Assembly: GCF_009914755.1 (NCBI RefSeq)
Contig: NC_060929.1
DNA: 64,000 nt
Source of the DNA: the human T2T-CHM13v2.0 reference genome, Homo sapiens
Reading direction: 5' to 3' (one strand)
Translations under genes and position numbers: made by a program
In this document: positions 15,285-28,666 of the stretch, one piece after another
Position numbering within the stretch: the first letter of the stretch is position 1
How the letters are laid out: each line of letters begins with the position of its first letter
The notes under the pieces: model-generated
The model's input: the letters and a program-made list of their open reading frames with translations, nothing else
What the model was told of the DNA's origin: nothing
Databases searched by the model: none

Positions 15285-16295
15285 ATTAGTTAGGAAATCG
15301 AAGTTCGAGGAGAGTGTAGAGCATGAGCTGCCGCTCCAACAATGGGTAATATGGTTCTAATCAACCAGGGAACCAAACAACAGAACCAGGTGTGTAAGTA
15401 GCAAACTGCCCAGTAGGAGAAACTGGAATATCAAAGGAAAGACTAGGAATTGTGCCAAAGATAATGCTACCAATTAAGAAAAAAGAGAGAGAGAGAGTGA
15501 GCCAGTTTTGTATTATCAGTTCAGCTCCAAGGAGTGGCATTCTTCTCAGGTGCTAGTTCAGATCTCTACAGGCCAGTGCCCAATCAGGAAAATAGAAACT
15601 ACTTTAGGTATTTCCAACACAGGTGATTTAATGAAGGGATTTTTAAAAAAACAAAAATATTGTAAGAACTGAAAGATAAGATAGGGAAAAGTGATGTTTA
15701 GAAGTTAGTAATTGTGGGAAGCTGCTTCTACTCCTTACTTTGAAGATATTTAAAAAGCTAAGTAACTCTGCCCAAGGGTCACCTTAGCAATATATTTTCT
15801 TCTAGATAATTGGATACCTTGGGGAGGGACAGTAAGAAAAGTGAGTAAAAAAGTCAGGGGGAAATTATCCTAGGGACTTTATTCCAGTGTAGGTCCGTCC
15901 TTTGGACCCCTGATGTAGATGATTTGACCAAAGGGTGAGTTGGAATTAGCTCGGGTTCTGGAAGCAGAATTAAAGTGGAGTTAATTTCAGAACATTTAGA
16001 TCTGACTATCTTCCAAAGGCAAAGGTACTTTTTGTTTCCTGTTCTTTATTTCCAGTAACTTTACCAAGCCAGTCATCATAATCCAATCTGAGGGCATGTG
16101 AGGCTCTTCAGGATGGGCTTCACAGTGATCTAGGAATCTACTGTTTGTAAAAGGACATGGAATTAAAGGTGAAAAAAATCTATGTACTTCCCCAGAGAGC
16201 AACAAAACCTCACTCTGAAAAGCATGTGGTTCAGATTTTTGGAGGTTAAAGTAGTTGACTTTGCCCACATGAAGTAATGTAGAATCAATGTCACT

Positions 16296-16300
<5 letters not shown>

Positions 16301-16333
<33 letters not shown>
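16301..16333. repeat. (TG)n microsatellite
   Basis: Read directly. Confidence 0.95.
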
Positions 16334-16336
<3 letters not shown>

Positions 16337-16410
16337 GGGTGAAGCTGGTGGAGGCATAACGTATAAAACAAATATACCCACAGCACAACAACTACCTATT
16401 TTCTAATATA

Positions 16411-16530
16411 TACATATACATACATATAAGTATATTATATACATATACATACATATAAGTATATTATATACACATACATATAAGTATATCATATACACAT
16501 ACATACATATAAGTATATTATATACACATT
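16411..16530. repeat. AT-rich minisatellite, ~4 copies of a 25-29-nt unit (TACATATACATACATATAAGTATATTATA)
   Basis: Unit read directly. Confidence 0.85.
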
Positions 16531-17649
16531 ATATATTATCTAAATGCATATTATATATACGCACACATTTAAAATGTAGCTAGCTAAAAACTTACAGTGA
16601 CGCCCTTTATGACTGCCACATGCCATCTTGAATCCTGGTTCAGGCTAGCCCAATAGTATGGTAGCAGCCTCATGCCACATTAGAGAATCCAGAAAACATA
16701 TAATCTACTCGCAGACAGTGGAAAGACATATGGGAAACCCATATTACTGAGAACACAATAAGGAGATCATAAAGGAGGAAAATATGTTTGAGGCAAGAAA
16801 AATAGGGCAAGAATTAGAACTCTGGTGGGAGTGAAATGTCTATGTCATGCTAGGTCATTTCGAAATACAATTTGTTTTGGGGAGCATGGATTTAGTAATC
16901 TACAAAAAATTCATTTTAGTCACGTACCTTGGGGTTGAGACCTGGCAAGGATTTAAGCTGATTCTCATAGTTTTACCTCAGATTTTCCTGGCTGTTAGAA
17001 GCCCCATCGCTCTTATTTACATATAAAAGCTCTGTATAAAGTGAGGGAAAGCTTATAGAAGGGAAAAGCCAAGAAATAACTAAGAAGTCTTGGGACCTTA
17101 ATATATTTCCAAGTTTCTGACTTCCTAACATCTCTTCCCATAAGTTCCCTGACACAGTGGGTATGACAATCTGCTCAAAGGAGAAATGACACGGCACTCA
17201 CCAAAAGGGAACAGAAGAAGGAAGCTGGCAGTTTCTTCCTCTCTTTCCACAACAAAATCACACCCCTTTATTGGAAGGTGGTCTAGTTGGTAGCATCACA
17301 TCACCAGAAAAAAGGCCCTAGCTTCACCCTCAGCATGGAGCAGAATGACAGGAGAACTTCACTGACATTTGATAACTTTCACTTAGTTTATTGGCTTTGA
17401 GAAAAAACATGGTGTACCACATACATACACACCCACCTACACTCACACATGTTAATTAAAATATATTATGAGTCTAAAACCTCTCAGCAATTCCATTATC
17501 CCATTATCCCATTCTGGTCCTAGTCAGCATGTTGTGCTAGTAACAGCCTCCAAACTGGCTACCCTTAGAGTCAAATCTCTTCATAGCAGCCAGAGTCTTC
17601 TTTAGATGTAAATTAGATTCTTTCAAGCTTCTACTTGAATCCTCTAGTG

Positions 17650-17810
17650 GCTTTCCTTTACATTTCTCATTTGTAAAATGGACTTACAAAAATGCCAACT
17701 TACTGGGACTCTGAAAATTAAACGAGAGAAAGCAGGCAAAGTACTTCCACAGTGCCTGGTATATATCGTAGACACTCCATAAATGTTCAATGGTAGCATT
17801 GCTATTATTA
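17650..17810 (+). mobile_element. MIR SINE fragment
   Basis: TTTCTCATTTGTAAAATGG core and ACAGTGCCTGG..ATAAATGTT tail. Confidence 0.7.
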
Positions 17811-18784
17811 TATTTTTTTCAATGTGTAATGAGTTGATAGTTATCTTACACTTGTAATTCTTTTTCAATTACTAGTGACCATTCAGGGGATGTTGCTCAG
17901 GAGATTCATTAGCTATGGTTAAACACACAAGTTCATGCTATTACAGGAATATTGTATATTTTGGAGCAAAATACATATAGCGAGTGTCCACGTAAAAAGC
18001 AGCTTCATGTGCCATTACTTGCCTGTCCTTGCTTCTTTTGAGTTTAAGCTTATATTTGCTTGTTTTCTCTGACCCAAACACTTAATTTAATAGTGTATTT
18101 CTCCTGATTAGAAGTCATATTGACCTTCTTGCATCTCAGTTTTGGCCTCTCTAGGAGACAAATGTGTTTCTCCTTGAGGTGCCCCTCCATAACCCTTGGT
18201 GTGAAATTCAGGAGTGTCACATTTAGGCCAGACTAACCCAAAGATACTCTCCAAATTTGGAGGGGAAAAAGAGACCCAATAATTTTCATGCAACGTGCCT
18301 AAGTAGACAAAGATAAACTGAACTTCCCCAACATATTTTCTATACTGTGCTTTAAAGAAATCAAGACAGTTTACAAAAATACACATAGCACAAGATAAAA
18401 ATGAAAGGGAGTAGTATACAAGACAAGATTATACCACCAGAGTTGCTTAACTAAAATGCATGTTTTAAGATACATGGAATACGTTGAGATAGACTACAAA
18501 GTTGGCTCTGGGTTTCCTAGCAATCAGCACCATAAGGAAATAGAAATGTTAAATGATTTATGGCACCCGTAAGATTAAAACAAACCAGCTGTATAAAAGA
18601 AACATAATTCTTCCTGGTATTGTAACTTAAAATAAACTTGTTCTTTGGGTTCTCACATCGAAGATATGGTGTGATGGAGTAAATATCACCCTTAAAAATA
18701 TTCCTACAGTAATTGCTATAATGAGTCTCATAGGACAGTTTCTTATATTGTCCCACAATGTAATCACTTAGTTATCCATAACAG

Positions 18785-19087
18785 GGCCGGGCACAGTGGC
18801 TCACGCCTGTAATCCCAGCACATTGGGAGGCCGAGGCAGGTGGATCACCTCAGGTCAGGACTTCAAGACAAGCCTGACCAACATGGCGACACCCCGTCTC
18901 TACTAAAAATACAAAAATTACTCAGGAGTGGTGGCACATGCAGGAGGCGTGGTGGCACATGCACATGAGGCTGAGGCAGGAGGATTGCTTGAATCTGGGA
19001 GGCAGAGGTTGCAGTGAGCCAAAATTGTGCCATTGAACTCCAGCCTGGGCAACAAATACAAAACTCTGTCTCAAAAAAAAAAAAAAA
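18785..19087 (+). mobile_element. Alu SINE (AluS) with internal rearrangement
   Basis: TSD AGTTATCCATAACAG; start of right arm duplicated and partly deleted. Confidence 0.93.
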
Positions 19088-20004
19088 GTTATCCATAACA
19101 GAAATCCACATTTTGGTAAGCAAGTTCTATGCAAGGTGTTTGTTGGGGCAGTGGAGGAGATACAAAATCATGTGGGCCAGATGTATCTAAATCAAAGCAT
19201 AAATTTGAGATATCCATAGAAGTAGAAAGGCTGCATATTTTTTAGAAAATTCCCCCAAAATATTTTTTTCAAATGTTTTCAGTATTATTTGACAAGGCAG
19301 TTTAAAGTTACATTCTTAAATACCTCTTGCCAATTAATGGCAGACCCATTAATTAGACTCACAACCTTTTTATCAAAGCTAATCCTAACCAGGACATGTT
19401 AGAACAGACACTGTCTAATTTCAAACAATGCAACTTCCTACTGAATCTTCAAGGATAAAGTAGCTGAAAAGAGAACCTAGAGTTGTAAGCAGCTAAAGGT
19501 TGGAGAATGTTTACTAAAAATAATTATTAATAATCATTTGTGTAGATATGTGGCTGAAAGGATCACTTATGTAAGTGAGCCAGTTGTACACAAGTAAATA
19601 TTGGTTATTTAGCTTAAAGAATCTGTCATTCTTTGGGACCTGACATTTTGCAATAAGAGTTGATTAAAGAGTATTCTGAGTACACACCACAGTAATTCTC
19701 TGACTGGTGCTGTTTCCTGTGAATGCTATCATCTTTGAAGTTGTGCTTTAAAAAGGCTTTCCTTCAGCCTGTCTCTTTTCATTGCTCTCCCATATACATA
19801 CTTACAGTTGCTCTAATTCAGTTTGGCATAAATCACTACTTTAGGATCTCTCTATCCTTTCTTTCCTCCTCCTTCTCTCTTTCCTTTATTCCTTTGTCTA
19901 AACAGGTTCAATCTGGAGACACTGTATTATAATAAGTCAACCCTAAGTCTGATAGTGTGTCCCAGGATCTCCTAACTCACCCCTTATTCCACATCATGAA
20001 AAGC

Positions 20005-20220
20005 AGGGTAAATACATGGACTTTGGAGTCAGAAATACCTGTATAGAAATTGTACCTCTGTCATTTACTAGCTGAATGACCTGAACACTTTGCTTAAACT
20101 CTGAGTCTTACTTTTCTCATTTACAAAGAAAGAGAAAATGATACCTACCTATGGTGATTAAGAAATGTTTTCTAGAAAATGCCTGAAAGTCTTCAGTTGG
20201 GCACTCACTAGTTGTTAGTT
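20005..20220 (+). mobile_element. MIR SINE
   Basis: GGACTTTGGAGTCAGA..TTTACTAGCTG..TTTTCTCATTT. Confidence 0.7.
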
Positions 20221-20382
20221 TTATTTCATCCAATTTGCCATTACATGAGGCTGTGGGCAATAATGATAAAATTATTCTAAGAGCCAGATGTGGCATTTGT
20301 AGGTATTAAGTCTTATCTCAGCAACTGTGGTTAGATTCAACCCCTTTTTAAAACCTAAAACCCTTCTATTTGACTTGGTGCT

Positions 20383-20870
20383 TGTGGTAGGCAAAATATG
20401 TCCTTTCTCCCAAAGATGTCCGCATCCTAATCCCCAGAAACTATGAGTATATTATCTCAAATGGCACAAGGGACTTTGCATTAAGATTAAATTAAGGATT
20501 TTGAGACAGGGAGATTATCCTGGATTATCCTTGTGGGCTCAATGTAATAATAGGATTCCTTCTAAGTGAAAGAGGGAAGTAACAGTGAGAGTCAGAGGTG
20601 TGATGATGGAAGCAGAATTTGAAGTGGTATGATACTGGCTCTGAAGGCGGAAATGGAATGTAGGAAACCTCTAGAAGCTGGAAAACACAAGCAAATGAAT
20701 TCTCTCCTAGAGCCTCCAGAAGGAACACAGCCCTGCTAATGCCTGGATTTTGGTTCAGTGAGAACCATTTTGGACTTCTGACCTCAAGACCTGTAAGATA
20801 ATACATTTTTATTGTTTCAAGCCATTAAATTTATGGTAATTTGTTATAGCAGCAATAGGAAAGGAATATA
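20383..20870 (+). mobile_element. MaLR LTR (MLT1C/D-like)
   Basis: TGTGGTAGG..CCAAAGATGTCC..CCTAGAGCCTCCAGAAGGAAC..AGCAGCAATAGGAAA. Confidence 0.85.
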
Positions 20871-22364
20871 GTACCATATGCTACTTTTCTCTCTTCCAAA
20901 GGCTCTGCTATATGAAGTCTGAAGTGTAAGGGCTAAAGATACTCATTGCAACTGAGTTTGGCTTGCTTCTGGAACTTTTCAGTCAACTGAACTAGGAAAT
21001 ATCTGTACGAAATACTGTGAGTTCATGATGATACTTGTAATTCAAATTTACAACTAAAGGCGGTTTAGTTATTCTTTTAATGTATGTCAACGTCAAGAAT
21101 AACAGAATTACAATATATTATAGTAACTCATTTTGCTTTATCTCACATCGCGCATATCACAGTATCAGAAAAAAGAGTATGAGCACCAACAATATGACTA
21201 CCAAAAAGTCAAACAAGTTTTTGTAATTTTTTTGTCTTTATGATAAATCCCACTAGAGATATACAAGTTACAACATTTTAAAGTCATTTGGAATCATGAT
21301 CTTTTAAAAATTATTTTATATGTACAGGATAAAATCAGCATTCTTTCCCTTTACTGGCCAGTCATAATCTTAATATGTGCTACATATTCTTTCTATTGCT
21401 TTGAACAATATTTTACTCTATTGAGTTTAATAATAATTAACATTTATTATCACTTAATCATTTACAATTGGGGTTTTTTGATATGTGGAAGTGAATTCTA
21501 AACTCAGCTTCTTTTTTGTAACCTTAATCGTGACTCTGTAGAGTAGCCTGTTCAATGCCACTGACAGATTTCCAGTGAGATATTAATGTCTGATTTAAAG
21601 GCATGTAGGGGAAAGCTGAGGAATGCTGTTTTGGTTTGTAGTTCAAAAACTTCATAACTGGATTCTCTTTAATATGTGAAAACCAGAACTGAGTTGATTA
21701 GTCAGCTTTTAAAATCAAGTGTTACCCCATCACTGAGTACCCAAATTGCTATAGTTACTTTATAACACATAATTCTTTCACTATAGACAGACCAAGTTGA
21801 TTTATCTTGGCTGATATGAATCAGCAATATCAGAGGAGCATAGATAGTATTGTAAAGGGAATGAGATAGAGGACTATATTGGATTTTATTATTATGAATA
21901 TAAATTGACAGGTATACACTAATAGATACTAAAGTAACAGTTCTAGAAAGCAAGCATTGGCATTTGGTTGAAATTTGCTGTCAGTTAGATCAGGTCACCG
22001 AAGCTGGCAGAACACAAAGCATTAAGTCACAGTACAAAGGGTTAGGTCTGCAACTGGCAGAGTTTCAGCAAGAAGCTGAGGTAGGGCTGCCTGGTGACAG
22101 AAGGCAGCTGCGCTGAGATACAAAGCTTTGGTAGGGTGTAGCTAGCTTTGTCAATTAGGAGAACACAAACCTGAAGCTAGAGAGCCTCACAACAGTGAGA
22201 CAGTCAAAGATTATGTTAGGGTGAAGCCAAAGAAGTTAAACAGGGTCAAACTACAGCTTTGAATTTAAATGTTCACGTGGGCACAGAGCCAGATTATGAA
22301 TAGAAAGAGTACTTTGTAGAAGAGAGGGAGAGAAAGAGGTGAGGAAAACCAAAAGCTAAGAATG

Positions 22365-22689
22365 AAAACCTGGTGATCAGGATTCTTCAATTGCAAACAA
22401 AAGAAATATACTCTGGGTAATGCAATCAAACAGAATTTAGTGAAAGGCAATTAGGGGAGTCACAGAACTGACGGAAGCTGGAAGACCTGGTCTAGGCAGA
22501 ATCCAAAATGCTCCAGAGGCTGGCAAGTAAGATCATAGCCATTATTCTGTGTCAGAAACTGTGTGGTCAGGTTGCCACTCTTGGGATGGAGTCCCTCCCA
22601 TTCCAACCATTTTTAGTCTTCACGTTCCTCACCTCATAATTCAAACCTAGGTGTACTCCAGCCTGGGTGACAGAATGAGACCCTGTCTC

Positions 22690-22725
<36 letters not shown>

Positions 22726-22920
22726 TCAAATCTAGGGAGAGAGAATCCAATTGATATTGTTTCAGCAACATGTTCCCCGTTACTCCTCCTCCCTTACTCC
22801 ACACCTACAGGAAGGCACAGCCTCTGATCACTGAACAGAGTGAGACAGAAAAAGATTCATCAAAGGGAAATCTGAGTGCTACTAGGAAAAGGTAAATAGA
22901 TGCTGGACAGCCAATATACC
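22365..22920 (-). mobile_element. Old MaLR LTR (MLT1J-L-like), interrupted by a truncated Alu
   Basis: CAGGATTCTT..TTGCAA..AGAAA..ACTCTGG motif; heavily diverged. Confidence 0.45.
22652..22725 (+). mobile_element. Severely 5'-truncated Alu (last ~39 nt) with (AAT)n tail
   Basis: TGTACTCCAGCCTGGGTGACAGAATGAGACCCTGTCTCA plus (AAT)n; TSD ATAATTCAAA(C/T)CTAGG. Confidence 0.9.
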
Positions 22921-23134
22921 ATGAATGTCCATAAGTACTTGGTAAATAAAATTATGAAAGGGCCTGAAGCAAATTCAAATAATAATGTTTTGCTTCAGAA
23001 CCACAATCTGGTTCCAAGTCTTAGGCTCTTAAAGCTAGGAAACGACTTGGGATCTGATATTTTCAACTTCTGATTACTGCTCATGTTGGACTGGAAAACG
23101 CAGGTTCCTAGGGGTCATACTGGTATTTAACAAC

Positions 23135-23290
23135 AACCATTTATTTATTGCTTACTATATGTCAGACACTGTGATAAGTACATTGTAGATTATCATTCAT
23201 TTAATCTTCCCGATATCAATATGGTACAGATACTATTGCCTCATTTTACAGATGAGCTGAGGTGTAGACTATTTAAAAAGCTTGCATAAG
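23135..23290 (-). mobile_element. MIR SINE fragment
   Basis: ATTTATTG..TACTATATGTCAGACACTG..CATTTTACAGATGAG. Confidence 0.7.
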
Positions 23291-24589
23291 GAAGGAATAT
23301 AGAAGGAAGCCAAAAAGTAGTATAATCCTAATTACAGCAGAAGTAGAATGAGAACTAAACAGAAGTGAGAATTTAAACTAAAGTGTCCTCTCACATCAAT
23401 TTTAATTTCTGTTGACCCTGTGATCTTGTTCGGACAGATATGGCATTGATACCACAATAAGCATAGGTGGGAGGATGAAGACATGTCAGGAATTTAGCAG
23501 TACTAGCTGGTGAAGAAAGGGATGACGTTAAGGCCAAGCATAACCAAGCATGACTGAGACTAAAGAAACATAATTAGAGAGGCTGATCCCCACAGGTAGG
23601 CCCTTGCTCACTGTCCACAGAGTACATGAAGTTCAGAGATGGCATAGACAAGCTGTGGCACCAATGCAGTCGTATTCAGCAGAAGGATATAGTAATCCAG
23701 TAAGCTTAGTCAGTGGGTGATGTTTGAAGAAGTTCAGTAGCTTGAGGGTAATCTATCATAACAGTATCCTGTCCAATGAACTAGGATCTAGTCAGAACAG
23801 GGACTAGTGAAAAATTTTCCAAACCAAGCTTAAACCTTCACATTAGATGAGAGCTTAGGAATTGATACAGTTCCAATTATGAAAGAAAAGCAAAGGAGAA
23901 GTCCAGTGCTATAGACTGGGAAAATATTAGGGATATAGGGAAGTGGCACAGCTTGAAGTCTACCTCTAATCCAGTACTCTTGCTTAGCATTCTACATCTT
24001 CAGAGGGCTGCATGGTTCCTATAGGTGGGGGCTGATGAGACATTTAGTCTTGCTCAGATTTGTCTCATGAGCCGGGAAGGACTCTTGAGGTAGAAATATG
24101 AAGATATAACTATGGGGAGCAAAAGAAGACAAGAAGAGGGAAAATGGAACAGGGACTAATTATTATGACCATCTCCAAACTTTAGATTGATATATTACTC
24201 AGAATTCAAGCTGTTCTTGAAACCATTACAAGAAAATCACAGCTTTAGCTAACTTCCATTTATCACAAAACAACATTCTTTGGATAGCCAAACTTACATA
24301 AAAACTGCCAAAATTCAGGTCTGCTAATGGAAAAAAACAAAAATTAAATTGCCTAGCTAGAGATTTAGTCACTCTTTTTGGCAAGACACTTTTACATTTT
24401 TATGGTGTTTTAGCTTTTCCCTATGGAGCGTTTTCTTCATGGAAGTTCTCTCTCTTAAGAATGTATTCTTTTCTCCATGAGGTTTTAACATGGTCTACAA
24501 GTTGTCTTCTCTTATTAATATCCTGTCTAGCCTTTACCTTTAATTTATAGATGATATACTCTCTGCATGGAAAATACCCCTTTGAGGAG

Positions 24590-24962
24590 TGCTGTGAACT
24601 GAATTTTGTCTCCCCAAAGTTCATATGCTGAATCCCCAACCCCAAATGTGATGGAATTTGTAGGGCCTTTGGCAGGTAATAGGGTTAGATGAGGTCATAA
24701 AGGTGGGGACTTCTGTAGGATTAAGATGAAGAAGAGAGAGAGATCACCCTCTTTCTCCATGCCCACACATTGAGGAAAGGCCATGTGAGGACACAGGGAG
24801 AAGGTGCCAATCTGAAAGTCAGGAAGAAAGATCTCACCAGACTTTGACCATGCTGACATCCTGATCTCAGACTTCCAGCTTCCAGAACTGTGAGAAAATG
24901 AATTTGTATTGCTTAAGCTACTCAGTCTGCAATACTTTGTTATGGCAACCCGAGCTAAGACA
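24590..24962 (+). mobile_element. MaLR LTR (MLT1A-like)
   Basis: TGCTGTGAACTGAAT..GCTAAGACA termini; TSD AGGAG/AGGAA. Confidence 0.88.
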
Positions 24963-26002
24963 AGGAATCCTGGAAATGTGATTTTATTAAACATTTCTGA
25001 AGATCAACATTATAACATGTAATAAAGCCTCTCAGAAAAGTTTTGTGATTATTGTACATTTATTTTACCACCTACCAAATACTTCAAATCATCCTTCTAA
25101 GGATGGTATAAAACAGTGTCTTGACTTTTTCGAGCTGTACTCATGTAACAGTCTAAAATAAAGGTTGCTAAGCGATAGCTTCCCCAAAACCTGATCTAGC
25201 TGTTGTATGTGACTGGCTTTCTCCCACAATCCTTCTTGTCTCTCCCCTTGACTGTAGGCTTGACGGGGGGAAGAAATTATTTTCCTCTTCATCGTAGTAA
25301 AATATGTTGCTCTACTCCCAGCCCCTGGCTATTGTTACAGTTCTCCATTTTGCATCCTTCCCCGTTCTACTTCATTGTTTACTTCTTCCTAATTACATCT
25401 TTCTTCCAGGTACTTTTCCTTTAAAATAATGTTAAAAAATAAAGAATTAAGTATAATTTGGTGATGCCTCAGGCCTTATTCTGGCAACCAGTTAATCACC
25501 ATGCCAGGTTTACCATTACAGTTAAACAAAATATTTGAAAGAAGGAAATGAATGTTTTATCTGTTTTTATTTTGAAAAGTCTTAGTAAATATCTTAGTCT
25601 CATAATTTCCTGCTTAAAACCATAATCAAACTGTTTCATTTCCATCTTTCTTCAACTTTAAGTTTTACTGCTTACAAAGGAGAAAAAATGGCCAGCTTTA
25701 CATTCCACAAACTCTACATACCATTCTCTGTCTCACACAAAGCATCTGCAGGACATGTAGAGAAAGCTTTTGTGAAAAGAGAATTTGATAAATGCAAGTT
25801 TCCAATGTACTACAAAACTTGTGACAACAGTATCACATGAATTTATGCAATAATCATAATGAAAATATTAATAGAATATAAATACCTGAAGAGTGGCAAT
25901 GCCAGGAAATGTGAGGTGACACAACAAATAAACTATTTGATTTGTAATATAGCAGATTGACAAGTATAATCTGGCTGCTTAGGTTGGAGCATCATGCTAT
26001 AA

Positions 26003-26383
<381 letters not shown>

Positions 26384-26423
26384 TGACCTGAAAATTTAAT
26401 TGCCTCCTACCTAGGTTACTTGC

Positions 26424-26557
26424 TTTTTTTTTTTTTTTTTTTGTTTTGAGAAAAGATCCTACTATGTGGCCCAGGCTAGCCTTAGACTACTGGGAGATCC
26501 TCCTGCCTCAAGCCTCCCAAGTTCCTGGGACTACAGGCATTCACCACTACACCAGGC
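26424..26557 (-). mobile_element. Alu monomer (FLAM-like)
   Basis: Poly-T plus a single reverse Alu arm. Confidence 0.8.
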
Positions 26558-26673
26558 TTTGCCAATTTTAATCTATAGGAGCTTATAGGCCAAATTTTAA
26601 CCAAAAGTCTTCCCTGCAGTGTTAAAAATGTAAACATTTATTCCCATACGTTTCTAATATAATTTAATAAATA

Positions 26674-26769
26674 CTAGTCAAGTGAAACAGTGGGAGTGGA
26701 GAAGGAACAAAGAAATCTGTAACTGGTTGTGAGCAATTCGTTGTAAGTACCACCGTACTTAGACCAGCC
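26674..26769 (-). pseudogene. Y3 RNA (RNY3) retropseudogene
   Basis: Reverse complement GGCTGGTCTAAGTACGGTGGTACTTACAACGAATTGCTCACAACCAGTTACAGATTTCTTTGTTCCTTCTCCACTCCCACTGTTTCACTTGACTAG matches recalled hY3 at about 87/96 positions. Confidence 0.93.
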
Positions 26770-28257
26770 CATTTTTAATTTAAAAATGTGTTTTGATCAT
26801 ATATTTATACACTTGACTTTCTCAACCATTTATGAAAACTTAGAAGAGTGGGTGTTCTTTATCAAAACTGAGTTTTTTGAGGTAGAGAGAATAAAATGGT
26901 TTGTTGGGAGTTGAGGACAATATTTAGAGTTTCCTGTGTTGCAGACACTTCTCTTCTATTGAGTGAGATGTTGTTAACTTTGTTTCTTGTCTATTAGTGG
27001 GTCCTGGGAGAGATCAGAAATTCTGGGATATGTCATCTGCCCTAGGCAAGTCATTCACAATTCTGAGCATGCATACATCTTAGCTGCTTTTGAGTCTCCT
27101 ACAGAATGATGGTGTGGTAAGCATGGAGCAAAGCTCTTATCACTACCCTTCTAAGGCTGGTGATGCTAGTCACTTCTTAACTTCCAGTTTGGGGAAGAAG
27201 TGAGAAGAGAGGTTTAAAAAAAAGGCACTGTTGTATTACAAACCAAAATCAAAAACAGATTTCTATACTAACTACCCTTCCAAAGGTAACACATTAGCTA
27301 TACCGTTAATCTAGCAAAGCAGGGAGGAAAATGAAGGAGTGCATTTGTTTCATTAGTCTTTTCGTTTTGAGAGGTAGACAGGAGAGATAGAGATACACAA
27401 GACTCAAGTTTCTTGATACAGTAAGTATATTAAGAATATAAACGGGTTTGATAAAATGAACATTTAAAAAACATGGCACCAGGCTGATTCTTCTTCCTGC
27501 ACACCTTAATGCCTAACTTTTGAAAGGACTTGAGACATAAGAATCACAATTTTAAAAAATTATAGTTTCCATGCCTTCATGGTGGATCAATTTCCATAGA
27601 AGTCTACCAAAATGACTTATCTCCATCCCAGGGAAGCAACTGCAAGAGGGAAAATGAAAGGAATGCAGTCTTTCTATGTAGGCAGAGTGGACTTAAGTGT
27701 GAGTCAGAAACACCGATTTCAGTTTGTGCGCTGCAACTTGATAACTTGGGTGATGTTTGGCTTCTCAGAACTTTGGGAGGTGAATTTGAAAAACAGGTAA
27801 TGCCACACTATATAGTTCAGAGGATTACCTCAGCTTACAAACAGCAAATGAGACGCAAATGTGAGCCATAATTCACATTTCTAAGCAGTTGGAGCCCTGA
27901 TATGGCACTGGGGTTACAAACAAGCGGGGAAAAATGTCAACCCAGTGATGTCATACTCCTAGGCCGGGCCCTAAGATTTTTTTGGAACCTGGCGGGCTGA
28001 GCACAACAGGGAAAGCCTCAGCACCCTGACTTGGCACAATGGTACCCTTAAGGCTCTTTGCTCACTCAGTTCTTAGTAGCTCTCCTAAAGCATGGTGGTG
28101 TTCTCTTCCAGTTCTCTGCGTAGACTTTGCTATGCTTCTCCGCCCACTGCTTCATCCAGAGAAACACTCGTATCCACAGCCTCTCCCCACTTTCCCTCAC
28201 GCACGGCTCTAGAAAGACGGGGATAGGGCGCGGCTTAGGCTTTATACACCTTGCCAG

Positions 28258-28301
28258 CCAATGACCGCGCCGTCTCCTTTCCGGTCGGCGATCCGACCAA
28301 T
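28258..28301 (+). promoter_or_regulatory. Tandem CCAAT (NF-Y) boxes
   Basis: AGCCAATGA (CCAAT 28258-28262) and GACCAATCC (CCAAT 28297-28301). Confidence 0.75.
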
Positions 28302-28416
28302 CCAAGAAGGTTGGTGCAATCTTCGGCTCTACTCGGCTGTTTTCGCTGATGCGGGCAGCTTGGGGGCCGCCGCCGCTAAACAGACGCTTTCCTTTTTAAT
28401 TTTTTTTCCATGTGTT

Positions 28417-28425
28417 CACTTCCGG
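28417..28425 (-). promoter_or_regulatory. ETS/GABPA motif near the probable TSS
   Basis: CACTTCCGG; further ETS-like CCGGATG at 28439 and CATTCCGG at 28499. Confidence 0.7.
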
Positions 28426-28643
28426 GTCCGGCGTCGATCCGGATGCCCGAGGCAGAAGGATGTTTGACCTCCGGATAAGCGAGGCGCTGCTGTGCATTCA
28501 TTCCGGGCTGCATCGGTGGCGACAGCAGAGGCTCGGGCGGCGACTCTCCGGCCAGCGGCGGCGGTAGGAGGCACCAGCGGCAGTGCAGGGACCGAATCCG
28601 AGCAGCGCTGCGTTACCTCTCTCTCTCGCTCCTTCCCCCCTAC

Positions 28644-28666
28644 CTCGCTCGCTCGCTCGCTCGCTC
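28644..28666. repeat. (CTCG)5+ repeat in exon 1
   Basis: CTCGCTCGCTCGCTCGCTCGCTC. Confidence 0.9.

Noticed and set aside
16411-16530. ~29-nt repeats as a CRISPR-like array
   Set aside because: Head-to-tail low-complexity units with no unique spacers, in a mammalian genome
25380-25416. Pyrimidine tract plus CAG|GTACTT as a recursive splice site
   Set aside because: Upstream of the CSNK1G3 promoter with no evident + strand host transcript, and the donor is weak
28241-28248. TTTATACA as the gene's TATA box
   Set aside because: Lies upstream of the CCAAT boxes and about 170 nt from the inferred TSS, so position and sequence do not fit
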